A stretch of DNA of 64,000 nt, taken from contig NC_092350.1 of the NCBI RefSeq assembly GCF_963676685.1, positions 7,316,001 to 7,380,000 of the forward strand. Direction: 5' to 3'. This document shows, piece after piece, positions 47,704 to 61,962 of the stretch (its first letter is position 1; each line of letters begins with the position of its first letter). Under the pieces are notes generated by a model. It worked only from the letters and a program-made list of their open reading frames with translations. It was not told the origin of the DNA and made no database searches. A program made the position numbers and the translations under genes. This DNA comes from Mytilus edulis. Its lineage: Eukaryota.

Positions 47704-50054
47704 TTAAATACTTAGTTCTTAATGGTTTTAATTGTCATTGATATTTTATAAAATTTGTGATAAAATAAAATATTCAAGAAACCAGCCAGTTTTGGTCGAA
47801 TTTTGGTCTATATGTGTTTGGTTTATCAATGGGTTGTATTAAATTATTTATTTTGAAATTTAACATCCGTCTAAAAGAACAAAAATACATTCAATCACTA
47901 CTTCCCATTATTTAGCCATTTAACCATTTAAGCCGTGAAAAATTATTGGAAAAATTAAATATTTTAATTAGCAATGAGAATAATCTCTGTATAATTACAT
48001 CGAGTTTGACATGTTACACGTGGACAGATTGATCGCTTCAGCCATTTAACCACTTTGTTGACAGTAAAAATCATTTTTGTCGTCTGTATCAAATGCCGCA
48101 TGAATTTTATTGAAAAGATTTCCTATTGACAAAAACGGGGGCTTTGATGTTCATTAACATATATTTTCACTTTCATTAAGCTGATAGACATCTTGACAGC
48201 AAGAATGTGGCCATTATATCCTAAAATATTAAAGGAAATTACATTTTTCTCTATAATCCGTTTTTACATCTTTTTCTGTTGAGAAGAATTGTATCATGAT
48301 TGGCAACACATATACTTTCATCCCTCATAGAAAATTAGAAAGCCTACAACTACAAAATCAGCACGCGTTTGGCCGGATAGAAAACGACTTTTAATATTTT
48401 TCAAATTAGTTTCATGAATAATAAGTTGTATATAAATGTCTAAGATAGTATATATAATCTCCGTTGTCTGTCATTGTTTTTTTCATACCTATATATTGTA
48501 TGTTATCAACTATGACAACTCCAAGCGGATTGCCGGCTAGGATTTACATGTAGATCCTGCAGCTATGACTGTCATATCCTATAAGACGGCGAGACAGGAC
48601 GAGGACAGGACACCAGATGTACTACGAAATTAGTTTAAAGTTTACAACAAATATATGATAAAGGTTAACTAATCATGCAAGAGTACATTTATAACAGTAT
48701 CAAAAAGTCGAGTTTTATACTTTATGACATTGAACTAAGACTTCTATATATACTGTTAAAATAGTCTCAGCATTGAAGTATTCTGATCTTTATGATTTCG
48801 TTTGAAGACTTTTGTCTTACTCACGACTTATTGTTTTGTTCTATAGTTTCAGTTATATGTGCTGAATCTAGGCAAAAGGTTCAGAATGTTGAGTGCTACC
48901 AATTGTCCAAATATGTCAAAACTGTTAGACGACTTCATATCGAGGTGCTATTGTCCATAGATACTGTAGCCAGCCTTAAACGACAAATCTTATTTTTTTT
49001 CCGTTTTTGCCTTATATCTTTAAAACTATAACAGATAGAGAGAAAATTTTAATTGCAAAAATGATCAGCAAAACAAGGTCTACAAATACGTTTAATGTTC
49101 GAAATCATCAGTCAACCATCTCCTTATTAGAGTTATTGCCCCTCTAGAATTACAATAATTAAGAAGGAATCATCTGATGACACCTTACTGGAGGTATTGA
49201 ATTTTTCAATTTTTATGTGTTTTGCATAAAATGATAATAAATAAATAAGACCTTTTAAAAAATATCAAGAAGGCAAGATCTTCTTACAAATCAAATTTTA
49301 CCAATATAGTTAAAAGACTGTCACTCTTTATGGGAGTGATTACCCTTAAATGGAGATTTTTTAAACTCTTTTATGTTTTAAGCAAAGATGATAAAGGCAA
49401 TTTAACTAAACTACAAGATCAACAAAACAGAGATTTTTGTCATGAATTCTATTCTCGTCTACAATGTTGGAGAGTGTCCTTTGTTGAATATTCACAGAGA
49501 CCTAGGTGAGAGACACAGGCTCTTTATAGCCTCTAGTATTTAAAGCAGTAACTAAGACATGAGGATGAGGTCAAGTATGAAACACATACACCAGACATTG
49601 ATAGTGAAATGCAAGATTTAAAATTATAATTGAACATATTATCTAAGTAAAACTTTTAAGCAATCCAATCTAAGGGTGAAAAACAAATTGAGGCTCCTAT
49701 TAACTAGCTTTACCACCAAATTCAAATTTAGCAAACATTGCAGAAATTCAATGAAGCATAAATGTTGAAGTTGGGTCATATTATCTCCACAGAGAAATGA
49801 AATGTGCTGATGCAAATATATAAGTGCACACCAAACATTATTGGCTTACCATTCATTATTACCTTTAATTCTACCTTACCACAAACTGAAACAATTTGTT
49901 GACACAACTGTCTTGAATAACAAGCTTAAGTCTCATCTCTGTGACTCTGTGAATGTGGTTTTGCTTTTAGTTGGAACTGACTCTGAACTAGCCACCATTA
50001 ACTGAATGTACTCTTAGATGGGAACATTGTTTTTTGGGGGTCTTTTTGTTAGAT

Positions 50055-50758
50055 TTTTGTATGTGTTAAGTACCTCTTCCAATGATTTGTATGTGTTTAA
50101 TACCTCTTCCAATGATTTGTATGTGTTTAACCTCTTCCAATGATTTGTATGTGTTTAGTACCTCTTCCAATGATTTGCATGTGTTTAGTACCTCTTCTAA
50201 TGATTTGTATGTGTTTAATACCTCTTCCAATGATTTGTATGTCAATGATTTGTATGTGTTTAGTACCTCTTCCAATGATTTGTATGTGTTTAATACCTCT
50301 TCCAATGATTTGTATGTGTTTAACCTCTTCCAATGATTTGTATGTGTTTAGTACCTCTTTCAATGATTTGTATGTGTTTAGTACCTCTTCCAATGATTTG
50401 TATGTGTTTAGTACCTCTTCCAATGATTTGTATGTGTTTAGTACCTCTTCCAATGATTTGTATGTGTTAAGTACCTCTTCCAATGATTTGTATGTGTTAA
50501 GTACCTCTTCCAATGATTTGTATGTGTTTAGTACCTCTTCCAATGATTTGTCTGTGTTTAGTACCTCTTCCAATGATTTGTCTGTGTTTAGTACCTCTTC
50601 CAATGATTTGTCTGTGTTTAGTACCTCTTCCAATGATTTGCATGTGTTTAGTACCTCTTCCAATGATTTGTCTGTGTTTAGTACCTCTTCCAATGATTTG
50701 TCTGTGTTTAGTACCTCTTCCAATGATTTGTATGTGTTTAGTACCTCTTCCAATGATT
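50055..50758. repeat. 30-bp minisatellite (TACCTCTTCCAATGATTTGTATGTGTTTAG)n, about 23 copies
   Basis: Directly visible; gives the 10-aa repeat ORFs on both strands. Confidence 0.97.
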
Positions 50759-52099
50759 TTGATTAATTGTCCTTATGTTGTGCAGTCAAAACATCTTCTC
50801 AGGTGAGGAAAGGGTTGGAAGCTCACAGAAAAGTACAACCCTACTACATTCTGTATGCCCTTGTACATAGTCAGGAGCCTTTAAATTGAGGCTGTATTAG
50901 GTTGCTGTCCCCATTGTTCAGTTTTTAATTTTATCAGTAATTAAGCCTTTGGTTTTTATTTTTTTTATTTTGTTAAAACATTTTATCATGGTTGAGTCTT
51001 TCATAGCTTAATACCAAATGGTATTGGTACCGCCCATTGTTGTAGGCCATACACTGCCCATTTGTTGTTTAAATCCTTGACCTTAGGTCTCTGTTGGAGG
51101 AATGCTGTCAAATTGGCAATCATACCATATCTCGTATTGGTACACTTTATACGAAAAGTGTTAAAATGACTCTGCTACTAACACCAGATAAGAATCCCTT
51201 TGTTTTTATATTGAGACATTTGTTGCATGCAAGTCATTTGAAGCATCAACCATTTGCAATTGATGTTTATAAACTATAACATTTCCTCAGCAATGAATCG
51301 CCAAAATCTTGGTCATAACCCTTTTTTGGCATATATTACATAAAGTGGCGTGGAGCAGAGATAGTTAAACGGATATTTGCTACAGTAAAATCAAGTTTTA
51401 TGAACGGCAAGCTTAAAATACAATACAGTTATCTCTATTTTAATGCCACATATTAAAATAAATGTCATTTAATAAATATTTTGGCTTAAAAATGGCATAT
51501 ATGAAAAAGTCTGCGAAACTGTTGCATCGTCTTTAGCATCCTTAAACAATCATATGTATACTCTGGATGTCAAACATGAATACTAAAGGTATTTTTACTT
51601 TTTGTACGCTTCAGAAAGGTTTCAATATAGACAAAAAGAAGATTTTGAGGCTCAAAATCTGACTATCTTGTTTATCTTTTGAGAAACTACATACCCGAAA
51701 AAAAAAATCGGAATTTAAAATGGTGGATTTCTTAGTTACGAACAGGTAGAACGTGGACTCTAACCCCTCAAAATATTTGTCAACGTCCAATGAAAATTAT
51801 AGTTACAAACTTATTGCATTAGAATAATTATTGTGTATAAGTTTATTAACATTTGGGTGCAACAAACTAAAGTTAGAAAACTGAAACCAATTTTGGGATG
51901 TACAGATGTATGGACGTACCAAGAACAAGGGTAAACATAATACCCCCTCCACAACTGAAAGCAAATATCATTTGACAGAGGCTGCTGTTAATATAAACTG
52001 CCCATTTTAGGGTCAACATGAAAAGATAACATTTCAAAGATTGAATGGTATCTTTGGTAGAAATGGCTGACGATAATAAAAAAGAATAGTATACTGACT

Positions 52100-55040
52100 T
52101 TTTTATTCAACAAGAATCTGGACTAGAGAAAAATCACCTGTAAGTATATATACATATATACCGGTATATATATACAATAATATATATATACAACCAAACA
52201 ATGAACATATAGACTAGCTTGTATTTTGATGTAAAATAATAAAATTCTAAAAAAAAATCCCAAGACTTAAACTCTAAATAAAGATAAAATTATAATTTGT
52301 AATGTAGTATTAAAGTCTCCAATATATTTTTTTGTATTATAGATTTACATAAGGTCATTTTTTGTTTTTTAATAAATTCAGGGATCTAAACTGAAAAGGT
52401 GGTTTAGTGTCTAGAAATTGAAAAAGAAAATGAGAAACTTAAAACAGAAAGTTGTTTCCAGATTTGTAAATACATTTACTCTATATTGAGTGTAAAATTG
52501 TCTGACATTGATGAAATATTCTGATTTAATGTTGCTATAAAAAGTTCAATTTTCTCTTTATTTTCTGAAAATGTTTAATAATACTTTTCTCTTCTTGTCA
52601 TTTTAAGTTTCAAATCTAAATTTAGAAAAAAATATTTTGTAAAAGAAAGATACAAGTCTACAAAATTAGTTTAGAGTCCTAAACCACCTTTCATTTCTTC
52701 TGAAAATATAACACAGTAATTTGATTAGAATATCTCCTTAGTGCAAAAGTCTATGCATGTTTTTTGTTTCTTGAATCCACAAGAAAAGAAAATGTCCCCC
52801 TCCCCCTCCCTGTATCAAAACAAATCAAAGTCCTTGACCTTTAGTTGAAATGTGAGATTCATACAAATGTGGCAGCATGAAGTATTGCACCTCAAATCAA
52901 ATATCCTTAATCCTGAAAAATGAGAAAAATAAATACATCATAAAAATCTTGTTTAATCCTATTACAAATGAAAAATAAAACTATTTATGATGATGAAAAA
53001 TCTACAAAAGTGTATGCACAAAAACTTTGAACGTATCAACTTACCAAATGGAATTGAAAATGAGAAATAAAATTTTTCATTAGAACAGAAATATCTCTAT
53101 ATTAAAAAGGCTTAACCAAACTAACAACAATAACACATCTAACAGAATACCATCCTATGGTACAATATTTAAAGTCAGATAACTCTTAATACATTAATAA
53201 TGTTAGCCAAAGAAGGATTTATCTCCATATCAAGTCGAGACATCAATTGGGAAGAAGTCAAAATGTTTCTTTTCATCATTAACTTCTTTATAATATAGAA
53301 ATAAGGGATTAAGATCAATTCTATGAAAATTACAACATTATAAATCCAACTTAATGCCTTGATTGCATTTAAAATTGCACTCAATTCTGTTTACAACTTC
53401 AAAGGCTAAAAATCCTAGATTTCAGAACAAAAAGAGTTTCTTATTGTAAGAAATATAAAATACATATCATACTAAGCTACCATTTTTTTCTTCTAAAATT
53501 TAAAGCAATGGATGATCAAAATTAAAGTGTTGTCCATCCACTACACAGACCTTTCTACGTCTTTAAAATAACAAAATAAAAAAGGTATTTAGTGTTAAGG
53601 AAAAAAATTCCAATTTTAAAAATAAAAATTCAGGTATACAATATGAACACAAAATTACAAACTATAAATGGAATGTTAACATTTTTTTCACAAATTCCAG
53701 GGATGAACTATTGGATTGGCTCCAAAGATAAATCCTTAGAATTCATTCCAGTCCATAGGTCCATCCTAAGTTTTTCAGCCTGTCATATCTTTTTTTTTTA
53801 TTTCAATATTTATAAGTATGGATATTTCATTATAAATAAAGTAATAATATAATATATACAAAATTAGCACTAAACTCTTGGAAAGTAAACAACGTTTGTT
53901 TTGGATTTCACTTTAAAGTAAATTTAATATATCTTATTTTAAATATAAATATATAATGATATGCACAGTGACTAAGAAAATAATTAAAAAAAAATCAGAC
54001 TTCTGAAAAAAACACAATAAGTTGAAGTAATTCCATTATAAAATGTTCTTCTTTTCATACAGACACTCTGTTCTCTGTACAAAAAATAGTCAAAAAGTTA
54101 AACTGAAATGTTAAAAATAACAGTTATTTTGTTTTTTAAGAATATTTTGTAAAATGAGTAGCACTGATCGGCCATTTTTTTTTTAACAAAGGTAAAATTA
54201 TACTTCAATTTCAAATAACAAACAAACTGAATCTGAATATTAAATTAGTCACATGATCTATCATTATATCTAAAAATAGCAATTACTCAACATCCACACA
54301 AGAAACATTATCATTCATTCAGATATAATCACTTGAACTCCATACTCTGGGAATGTACATACAATGTATCTCCCATATAAAGTTCACAATAATCAAGTCT
54401 CATTTGGCATACTTAAAATTTTCCAGTCCTTGAAGAATTGATCTGTTGTTTTTTACCGATAGTTACTGATAAAAAACAGCAAAATAATCCTGTATCTTAG
54501 GTATGAATTATATCATTTATGGACAAAACAGTGTCCTTGCAAAAAGAAAAAAATCATGTCCTTATCATTAAAGAATATGGTGTCTTTTGTAATAATAAAT
54601 ACAATTTATAAACAAGTAAAGTTTTAACGATTTACATATTTTTTTATGAATGTTTTTGACTAGAAAATGTCATACTTATGTACATGCATTACTAAGAAAA
54701 AGTACACAAAAAGTTACATAAGTGCTTTACAAAAACAACAAAATATTTCTGTTCAAAACTTCCATTTCATTTTCTTTTTTTTGGGGAGAAAAAATTTACA
54801 TATTCTCAATTTCATACATAAGATTAATATGCTTCAGTAAATTTGAAATCTGTATTTATGTAAAACAGTTAAGAAACCACAATATTGATAATAAGAAAAA
54901 CTTTCTACATGTTATAGTAGTGAAGAAAAGTTTGGACTGTCAATCATTTTAATGATACTGATGATTCCTGAACTATGACCTGCAGCCAATGGGAGACATC
55001 ACATATGATAGAACCGGTACATATCATTATATCCCCTAGT
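52100..55040 (-). other. Probable long (about 3 kb) 3' UTR of the LMO gene
   Basis: Repeat-poor, very AT-rich stretch after the stop. AATAAA on - strand near 52102-52107 and 52558. The end is not verified. Confidence 0.45.
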
Positions 55041-55230
55041 TCATAAAGAGCCTGGACTTGGACTTCCATATCCGCTTGACAAATCGTCACTGAGACTCTG
55101 AGTTTGTCTTTTGATTTGAGTCAGTGCATTGTAATTAAATGGCATGTTAGCAAAGACCATTCTTTCTTCATAATCGTATTCACACAATATTTTGTTATCA
55201 CACAAGTAGAATTTGTCTCCAACACAAAAT
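55041..55230 (-). CDS. LMO1: LMO last coding exon
   Basis: acttcag|A TTT TGT GTT GGA ... [18 protein letters not shown]. Confidence 0.9.
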
Positions 55231-56533
55231 CTGAAGTAGAAAAAAAAATTTGTTATATGCCTCGAAGAAAAATTGTGTATATAAGGTCAAATATAAACAA
55301 TAAGAAATAACATGATACCAAAGGAGATGAGTTTGTTTGACTTATCCATTAAAGTTGACACAATTAAGATATTTTGAAGGTGATTTAGAAAGAATATGGA
55401 AAAAATATGAGTTATCTCCCCTTAAAATGATTTTTTTGTAAAACGCTGTACCATTCAAGTCAACACATGACTTATGTAACTGCATGCAAATTCAGGGCAG
55501 AACTATTTAACATTAGATTTCTTCTGATCACTTTGGTATAAAGAATAAGTACTCATTCCTTCGTTCCTACATTTTCATTAATCCTTTGAACAACTATTTG
55601 GTATTCAATAATAGAACTAGCTGAGGTTCCCTGTGCTTATTTTATATATCAAATCAGGTCATTAAGAAGAAATGTTTTTTACCTGTGATTACATTGTTGA
55701 CAAGCAAAACATTCCAGGTGATACACGTTACTTTTGGCTCTCATAACCATTTCAAATGCTGGAATCATTTTACTGCAAGCAGCACAATAACCTGTGGTAC
55801 CAAATAATCTGAAATATACAATATTCATCGGTCAGTTAAATGTTGATGTTCCGAGAATGAACTTTTGGCCCAAGGAATTTTGTGGCCTAAATTACATGGG
55901 TCCATCTATACCATGTTAATCAGATTTTTTGTAGATAGCCTGGTTGACATTCTAAAAGGATTTTTAACTTAGACCTAAAACTGGAAGTAGTGTTTTCATT
56001 GACCTGTAAGGTTTGTTCTTTTTTCAGTTTCTATAATGGTTATTTTGTTGCTAACTTAGTATCAGATACCTAACTGCAATATTTGTTTCAAGTTTAATTT
56101 GGGGCTATGGCAATCTATGTCTGGATGTAGAAAACGTTAGTGTATTGAACAAGGGGACATTTTATAAACAGTGAATTTACAGAAAATAACCATGTCAATG
56201 ATATTCTATGTCAACACAAAAGGGCTGGCTATGATTGGACCCATGACAATTACATTTACATTACAAACTGAGATTTTTTATCTAGCTATCAATCATACAC
56301 AAAACAAACACTCACCTCAAATAATCTCTCCTGCACAATAACAAGTTAGCCTTGGCAAACAGTGTAGATCCCACCTCTCCTAGTCGACAATCACAGCAGG
56401 AACACTTCAGACAGTCCTCGTGCCAGTACTGGTCCATGGCCTTTAACATGTACCGTTCTGATATCTCCTTCTTACAGCCAGTACACTCCTGCTTCACTCC
56501 AAGACTGGAGGCAGACTCCTGTGATATCTGCAT
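55041..56533 (-). CDS. LMO1: LIM-domain-only protein, LMO1/LMO3 (rhombotin-1 / Drosophila Beadex) type; 3 coding exons, at least 177 aa
   Basis: Exons 56533-56316, 55808-55683 and 55230-55041, GT-AG, phase 2/2. Two LIM domains: [60 protein letters not shown] and [55 protein letters not shown]. The acceptor at 56538 implies a further upstream exon. LMO1 versus LMO3 cannot be resolved (likely a pro-orthologue). Confidence 0.93.
55683..55808 (-). CDS. LMO1: LMO exon encoding first half of LIM2
   Basis: atttcag|A TTA TTT GGT ... CAC AG|gtaaa, 126 nt. Confidence 0.92.
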
Positions 56534-56538
56534 TTGAC
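56316..56538 (-). CDS. LMO1: LMO exon encoding LIM1
   Basis: ttttttcag|gtcaaATG ... TTGAG|gtgag. Confidence 0.92.
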
Positions 56539-56809
56539 CTGAAAAAAAGAACAGGAATTGAAATAGAAGTCTAAAAATAATACTTTCAAGGGTAGATTCT
56601 GGGTTGAAAGGAAAGAGGGTGTAATTATCTGTAATGGTAAAAATTGTGGCTTCTCTGCAAGCAAAGCAAGGTGAATGATTTTTTAAGATTTTATTCAATC
56701 ACAAGGCAGAGGTAGGTAGGTGCATACAGCCTCTATATTCCCACCTGAATCTGACACTGACTATACATGTAATACTGGTTACTTTAACTGATGGACTGGG
56801 ATTCCTGGT

Positions 56810-57074
56810 CTAGATCTAAGTTCAAGAACAAATAATGTTCAAGAACTGAGTTCAAGAACAAATAATGTTCAAGAACTGAGTTCAAGAACAAATAATGTTC
56901 AAGAACTGAGTTCAAGAACAAATAAAGTTCTAGAACAAAAGTTCAAGAACAAACACCGTTCTAGAACTCAGTTCATGAACAATTTTGGTAGTTCAAGAAC
57001 AGTTCTTGATGTTCTAGAAAAGTTCTAGAACATTCAAGAACTTAAAATCTGTTCTAGAACATTTTTCGCAGGGG
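56810..57074. repeat. Array of GTTC(A/T)AGAAC palindromes ending in TTTTTCGCAGGGG, probable DNA-transposon end, in LMO intron
   Basis: About 15 TTCnnGAA units, 30-bp periodicity at the start. Confidence 0.75.
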
Positions 57075-59708
57075 CCAGTGTAATGGATTGATTGTCTACA
57101 GTTTGCTGCCTCATAAGCTCTATGGTGGCATGTACAAAATGAGGTTTAAATTACCTTAAAATACAAATCGTAATAGCTTATGTGTATATCAACTCTTCTA
57201 TTTTAATATGATCTGACCAAGAATTTCTCTTATTAAACAAACATTTTTTCATAAGCTTTCACAGAACACCACAATTTGAAACATGTGGTATGATTTCCAA
57301 GGAGAAAATTCATGTTGCCATCTTACTTTAATAATACATTTTTATTAGTGGTTTCCATCATTTTGTGTTGATTGTACAAATGTATTATAAACCCTATTTC
57401 TTCTTTCAAAGGATTCAGTAAACAATGTATATTATATATACTGTAAATGTATTTTTGGTATAAAATAAGAAAATAAATTTAGGATATAACAAAACATTTT
57501 ATTCCTCAATATTAAAAAGCAATTTATTTCAACAAAATATATCAAAACAGTTCATTCAGTAAAATAACTGCATGAGGAAGACATCTCAATATCTGAACAC
57601 AGAAAATATATACACAACATGAATGTTAATATCAATACACTTAAATATCTATCTTTCCTATAACATAACTACATACGAAAATATTTAGTAAACCGGAGAA
57701 AATATTTAGTAAACCTGACCTTAAGAGTGCGTTTACATCCAAGAAAGTGCCTGAGACAACTGTTTTGTACACAGAATGTTAAATAATCTGGTATAATTAC
57801 ACCAATCTAACTTCTATTTATCATTTACTGGCAAATTAATGTTCCCTAATGTCATAACTACATCGTTCTCTAATGGAACTGTTTGTATAACTTACATATG
57901 GTAAATTTCAACACAAAATATTTTTATAATGGTGTGTGATATGAAACTATTTGGCTGGAAGGCTGAGTACTGAAAAACCTCCGTAATTAATAAAGCAGAA
58001 ATGAAATATGAAAATGCAATTTGTCTTGGCCAGGTGTATAGGGTGATTAAGTTGTACACATTACAAATCTATCATACAGAGTTAATGTTCAGCTTCTCGT
58101 AAATTACACTAATTAAAAGAAACTTACTTTTTAGTACAAGGTTTTATTAATGCAACGGAACAGCTATTAAGTATAACTTTTCTTTTATAATACAAAGAAA
58201 AGATGAAATCGAAATAAGATTTTTAAATTAATTTTTTGATCCAGTGATTAACTTTCACATTATTAAATATCGTTAGATAAGTAGTATGGGTTCATGTTGA
58301 CCTTTCTGAATATTATATAAAGTCCACCTTTGTGCCCATCGGCAAACTATTGCAATGATGTTATGATATAAGGAGTTTAGTCAGTACAATTTCTTACAGT
58401 ATTTACAGAAAAAATGTTCTAATAAAAAGACAAAGTTTTTATAAATATAAATCATTATATGCCTATAACTTTTGGGGTTTTGAAACTTTTTCTCAATTAA
58501 ACTATACCAGTACATGAATAAGTCACCAGCTTCAAAATACAAGTACTTTCACATAAATTAAAAGTATGACATTTAAAAAATAAGGCTTTCTTTCATACTT
58601 GTTGAAAATTTTCAATTAGTGAATACTTTATACTTAACACTCAACAAAGCTGTCAAAATATGTAAACTAATAACTTTATTTTGATAAACTACCAAAATAA
58701 TTTGGTGAAATCAGTGTTTTTAGGATAATTAGTTAAACAAATCTTTATCTTTAAGATCTATAACCATATTTCATATATGAACTAAACCACCCCCCTATTT
58801 TTTTTGTAATAATATGCATATAAATAGTGATAAAATCTGCCTCCATTAATCAAATCATAAGGCATTTATCACTCTAATTCAGTGATGTCAGTTTCCCATC
58901 TGATGTAATGTAAATTTCACTGTTGTTTACTAATGGTCACAGTCATCATATGGATGTCAACACTATCTATCTCCGTGGTGACAGAATCATTAGGTATAAT
59001 GGACCCAGTCAAAATTACTCTCTTTATCTGCACTGCTGTTTACTAAATGAATGGTAATATTCTCAACTTGGTTAAATAATGGTGGCTTTTTTCAATTAAC
59101 TAGTTTTGGAAGTTGTGAAAACTATCAGAACTAAATAGAGATGTCTCAGAAAGATGCCATGTCGTTTTAGTTGTTAATGTAGTCTACATGATATACAGGT
59201 AGTTAAGTGATACCATTGATTTAGGTCTTATAGTTATATAAATGGTAACAATATTCTGACCATGACCTCAAAATAATACTCAAAATACATGTGATATCAA
59301 AGTTTAGAAATTCTACTGATTTTAACAACATTCAATCACTGCTAATAAACCAAGAAGTTCAAGTCATTCCCTTTGATAGTTGAGCAGATGACCTGGGAAT
59401 AATTATGTTGTAATTTATGACTTTACAAAATGAGTCTTGTCACAAATGTTTGACTTGCTTTTAGTAACTTGATGAGCGCCAACAGTGGAGCTGTAAGGGT
59501 CATCCTTCATCCTTCTTAAGATTTTTGGTGATTTTTTAAGATTTTCTCAGTCCTCAGTTCTCCGTGTTTTGTTGTGTTGTGTCCACTGTTATTTACCTTT
59601 CTTTTTGTTTTTTTTCTTTTTGGCTGTGGTCTGTTTTCTTCGACATGATATTCATTAATTGCTCATAAGAGTTATGACCCTTTTGTCTATATATGGATAC
59701 ATTAATAT

Positions 59709-61677
59709 AAAACCAGATGCTCCGCAGGGCGTAGCTTTATACGACCGCAGAGGTTGAACCCTGAACGGTTGGGGCAAGTATGGACACAACATTCAAGCTG
59801 GATTCAGCTCTAAATTTGGATTGTGATTAAATAGTTGACACAGCATAGGTTTCTGACACAGAATGAATGTGTTCTAATGAACTTAAAATTTTTGTTTTCT
59901 CTTAGAGCAATTCACTATGCTGTTGAATATTAATCCTCTCAAAAAAATGTTTGAAGAAATTTTCTTTTTTATTTATGAAATTTCAAATGAGAAAAATTGA
60001 ACCCAATTTTTTTAATCACATCCCCCTTTCCCTTATTCCAAAACTAATCTCAATTAAAATTTCTAATGGAGTTTGCAACAATAACTACTCATTTAAATAC
60101 ATCATAAAATATTAAAATGTAAAAAAACTGCTTGTTATCACTGAATGGTAAAGATTATTTTAATTTATCAGTTGGTAGTAAAAAGTGAATATACATTGTA
60201 TATTGTATATAACAAAGATTTAAGTTGATTCTGGACAAAGAAAGATAACTCCAATTAAAAAAAAATCTTGCTATTGCACAATATTTTGCAATTAGATATT
60301 TCTTGCTTACTATTCTGGACAAAAAAAGATAACTCTAATTAAAAAAAAAATTTGCTATTTCACAATATTGTGCAATTAGATATTTCTTGCCATTGCGCAA
60401 TACTGTGCAATTGAAAAGACTTGCTATTGCACAATACTTAATATAATAATTTTAGATCCTGATTTGGACCAACTTGAAAACTGGGCCCATAATAAAAAAT
60501 CTAAGTACATTTTTGGATTCAGCATATCAAAGAACCCCAAGATTTCAATTTTTGTTAAAATCAGACTAAGTTTAATTTTGGACCCTTTGGACTTTAGTGT
60601 AGACCAATTTGAAAACAGGACCAAAAATGAAGAATCTACATACACAGTTAGATTTGGTATATCAAAGAACCCTATTTATTCAATTTTTGATGAAATCAAA
60701 CAAAGTTTAATTTTGGAAATTGATTTGGACCAACTTGAAAACTGGGCCAATAATCAAGAATCTAAGTACATTTTTAGATTCAGCATATCAAAGAACCTAA
60801 CTGATTCATTTTTTGTCAAAATCAAACTAAGTTTAATTTTGGACCCTTTGGACCTTAATGTAGACCAATTTGAAAACGGGACCAAAAGTTAAGAATCTAC
60901 ATACACAGTTAGATTCGGCATATCAAAGAACCCCAATTATTCAATTTTGATGAAATCAAACAAAGTTTAATTTTGGATCCTTTGGGCCCCTTATTCTGTT
61001 GGAACCAAAACTCCCAAAATCAATACCAACCTTCCTTTTATGGTCATAAACCTTGTGTTTAAATATCATAGATTTCTATTTACTTATACTAACGTTATGG
61101 TGCGAAAACCAAGAAAAATGCTTATTTGGGTCCCTTTTTGGCCCCTAATTCCTAAACTGTTGGGACCTAAACTCCCAAAATCAATACCAACCTTCCTTTT
61201 GTAGTCATTAACATTGTGTTTAAATTTCATTGATTTCTATTTACTTAAACTAAAGTCATTGTGCGAAAACCAAGAATAATGCTTATTTGGGCCCTTTTTT
61301 GGCCCCTAATTCCTAAACTGTTGAAACCAAAACTCCCAAAATCAATCCCAACCATTCTTTTGTGGTCATAAACCTTGTGTCAAAATTTCATATTAACTCA
61401 AACTAAAGTTATAGTGCGAAAACCAAGAAAATGCTTTTTTGGGCCCTTTTTGGCCCCTAATTCCTAAAATGTTGGGACCAAAACTCCCAAAATCAATACC
61501 AACCTTCCTTTTGTGGTCATAAACCTTGTGTTAAAATTTCATAGATTTCCATTCACTTTTACTAAAGTTAGAGTGCGAAAACTAAAAGTATTCGGACGAC
61601 GACGACGACGACGACGACGCCAACGTGATAGCAATATACGACGAAAAATTTTTCAAATTTTGCGGTCGTATAAAAAA
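59709..61677 (-). mobile_element. HINE-like element family C with two internal tandem arrays, upstream/intronic to LMO
   Basis: ATACGACCGCA subterminal repeat at 59739 and its inverse at about 61660-61671, (GAC)n microsatellite, two sets of internal tandem repeats. Confidence 0.8.
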
Positions 61678-61962
61678 TGCTATCCAATGACAATATGAGC
61701 TTAGTTTCACAAATGTGCCAGAGTCCACTCACACAAGGCCAACATCCTTGCATACGTGACATTTAAATACATGAACTAAAACATGAGAAAGAAAATTAAT
61801 TTGACTTGTGTATTTCTATGCTTGCCATTCCTGTTATATTATTTATTGTTATTTTATTGTTCTTAATCTTCTTTATGAAATAGAAAAGTCTTACAGGATA
61901 AAGAAAATTGAAAATTAAAACACCTGATGCTAATGTCATATCGTTACTGTGTATTGTGCATT

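Noticed and set aside
50066-50806. Overlapping ORFs of up to 208 aa on both strands with 10-aa repeats
   Set aside because: By-product of a 30-bp minisatellite that lacks stops in several frames; no splice or start context.
52051-52058. miR-9 8-mer site for LMO
   Set aside because: Lies just beyond the most distal AATAAA I identified, so probably outside the mRNA.
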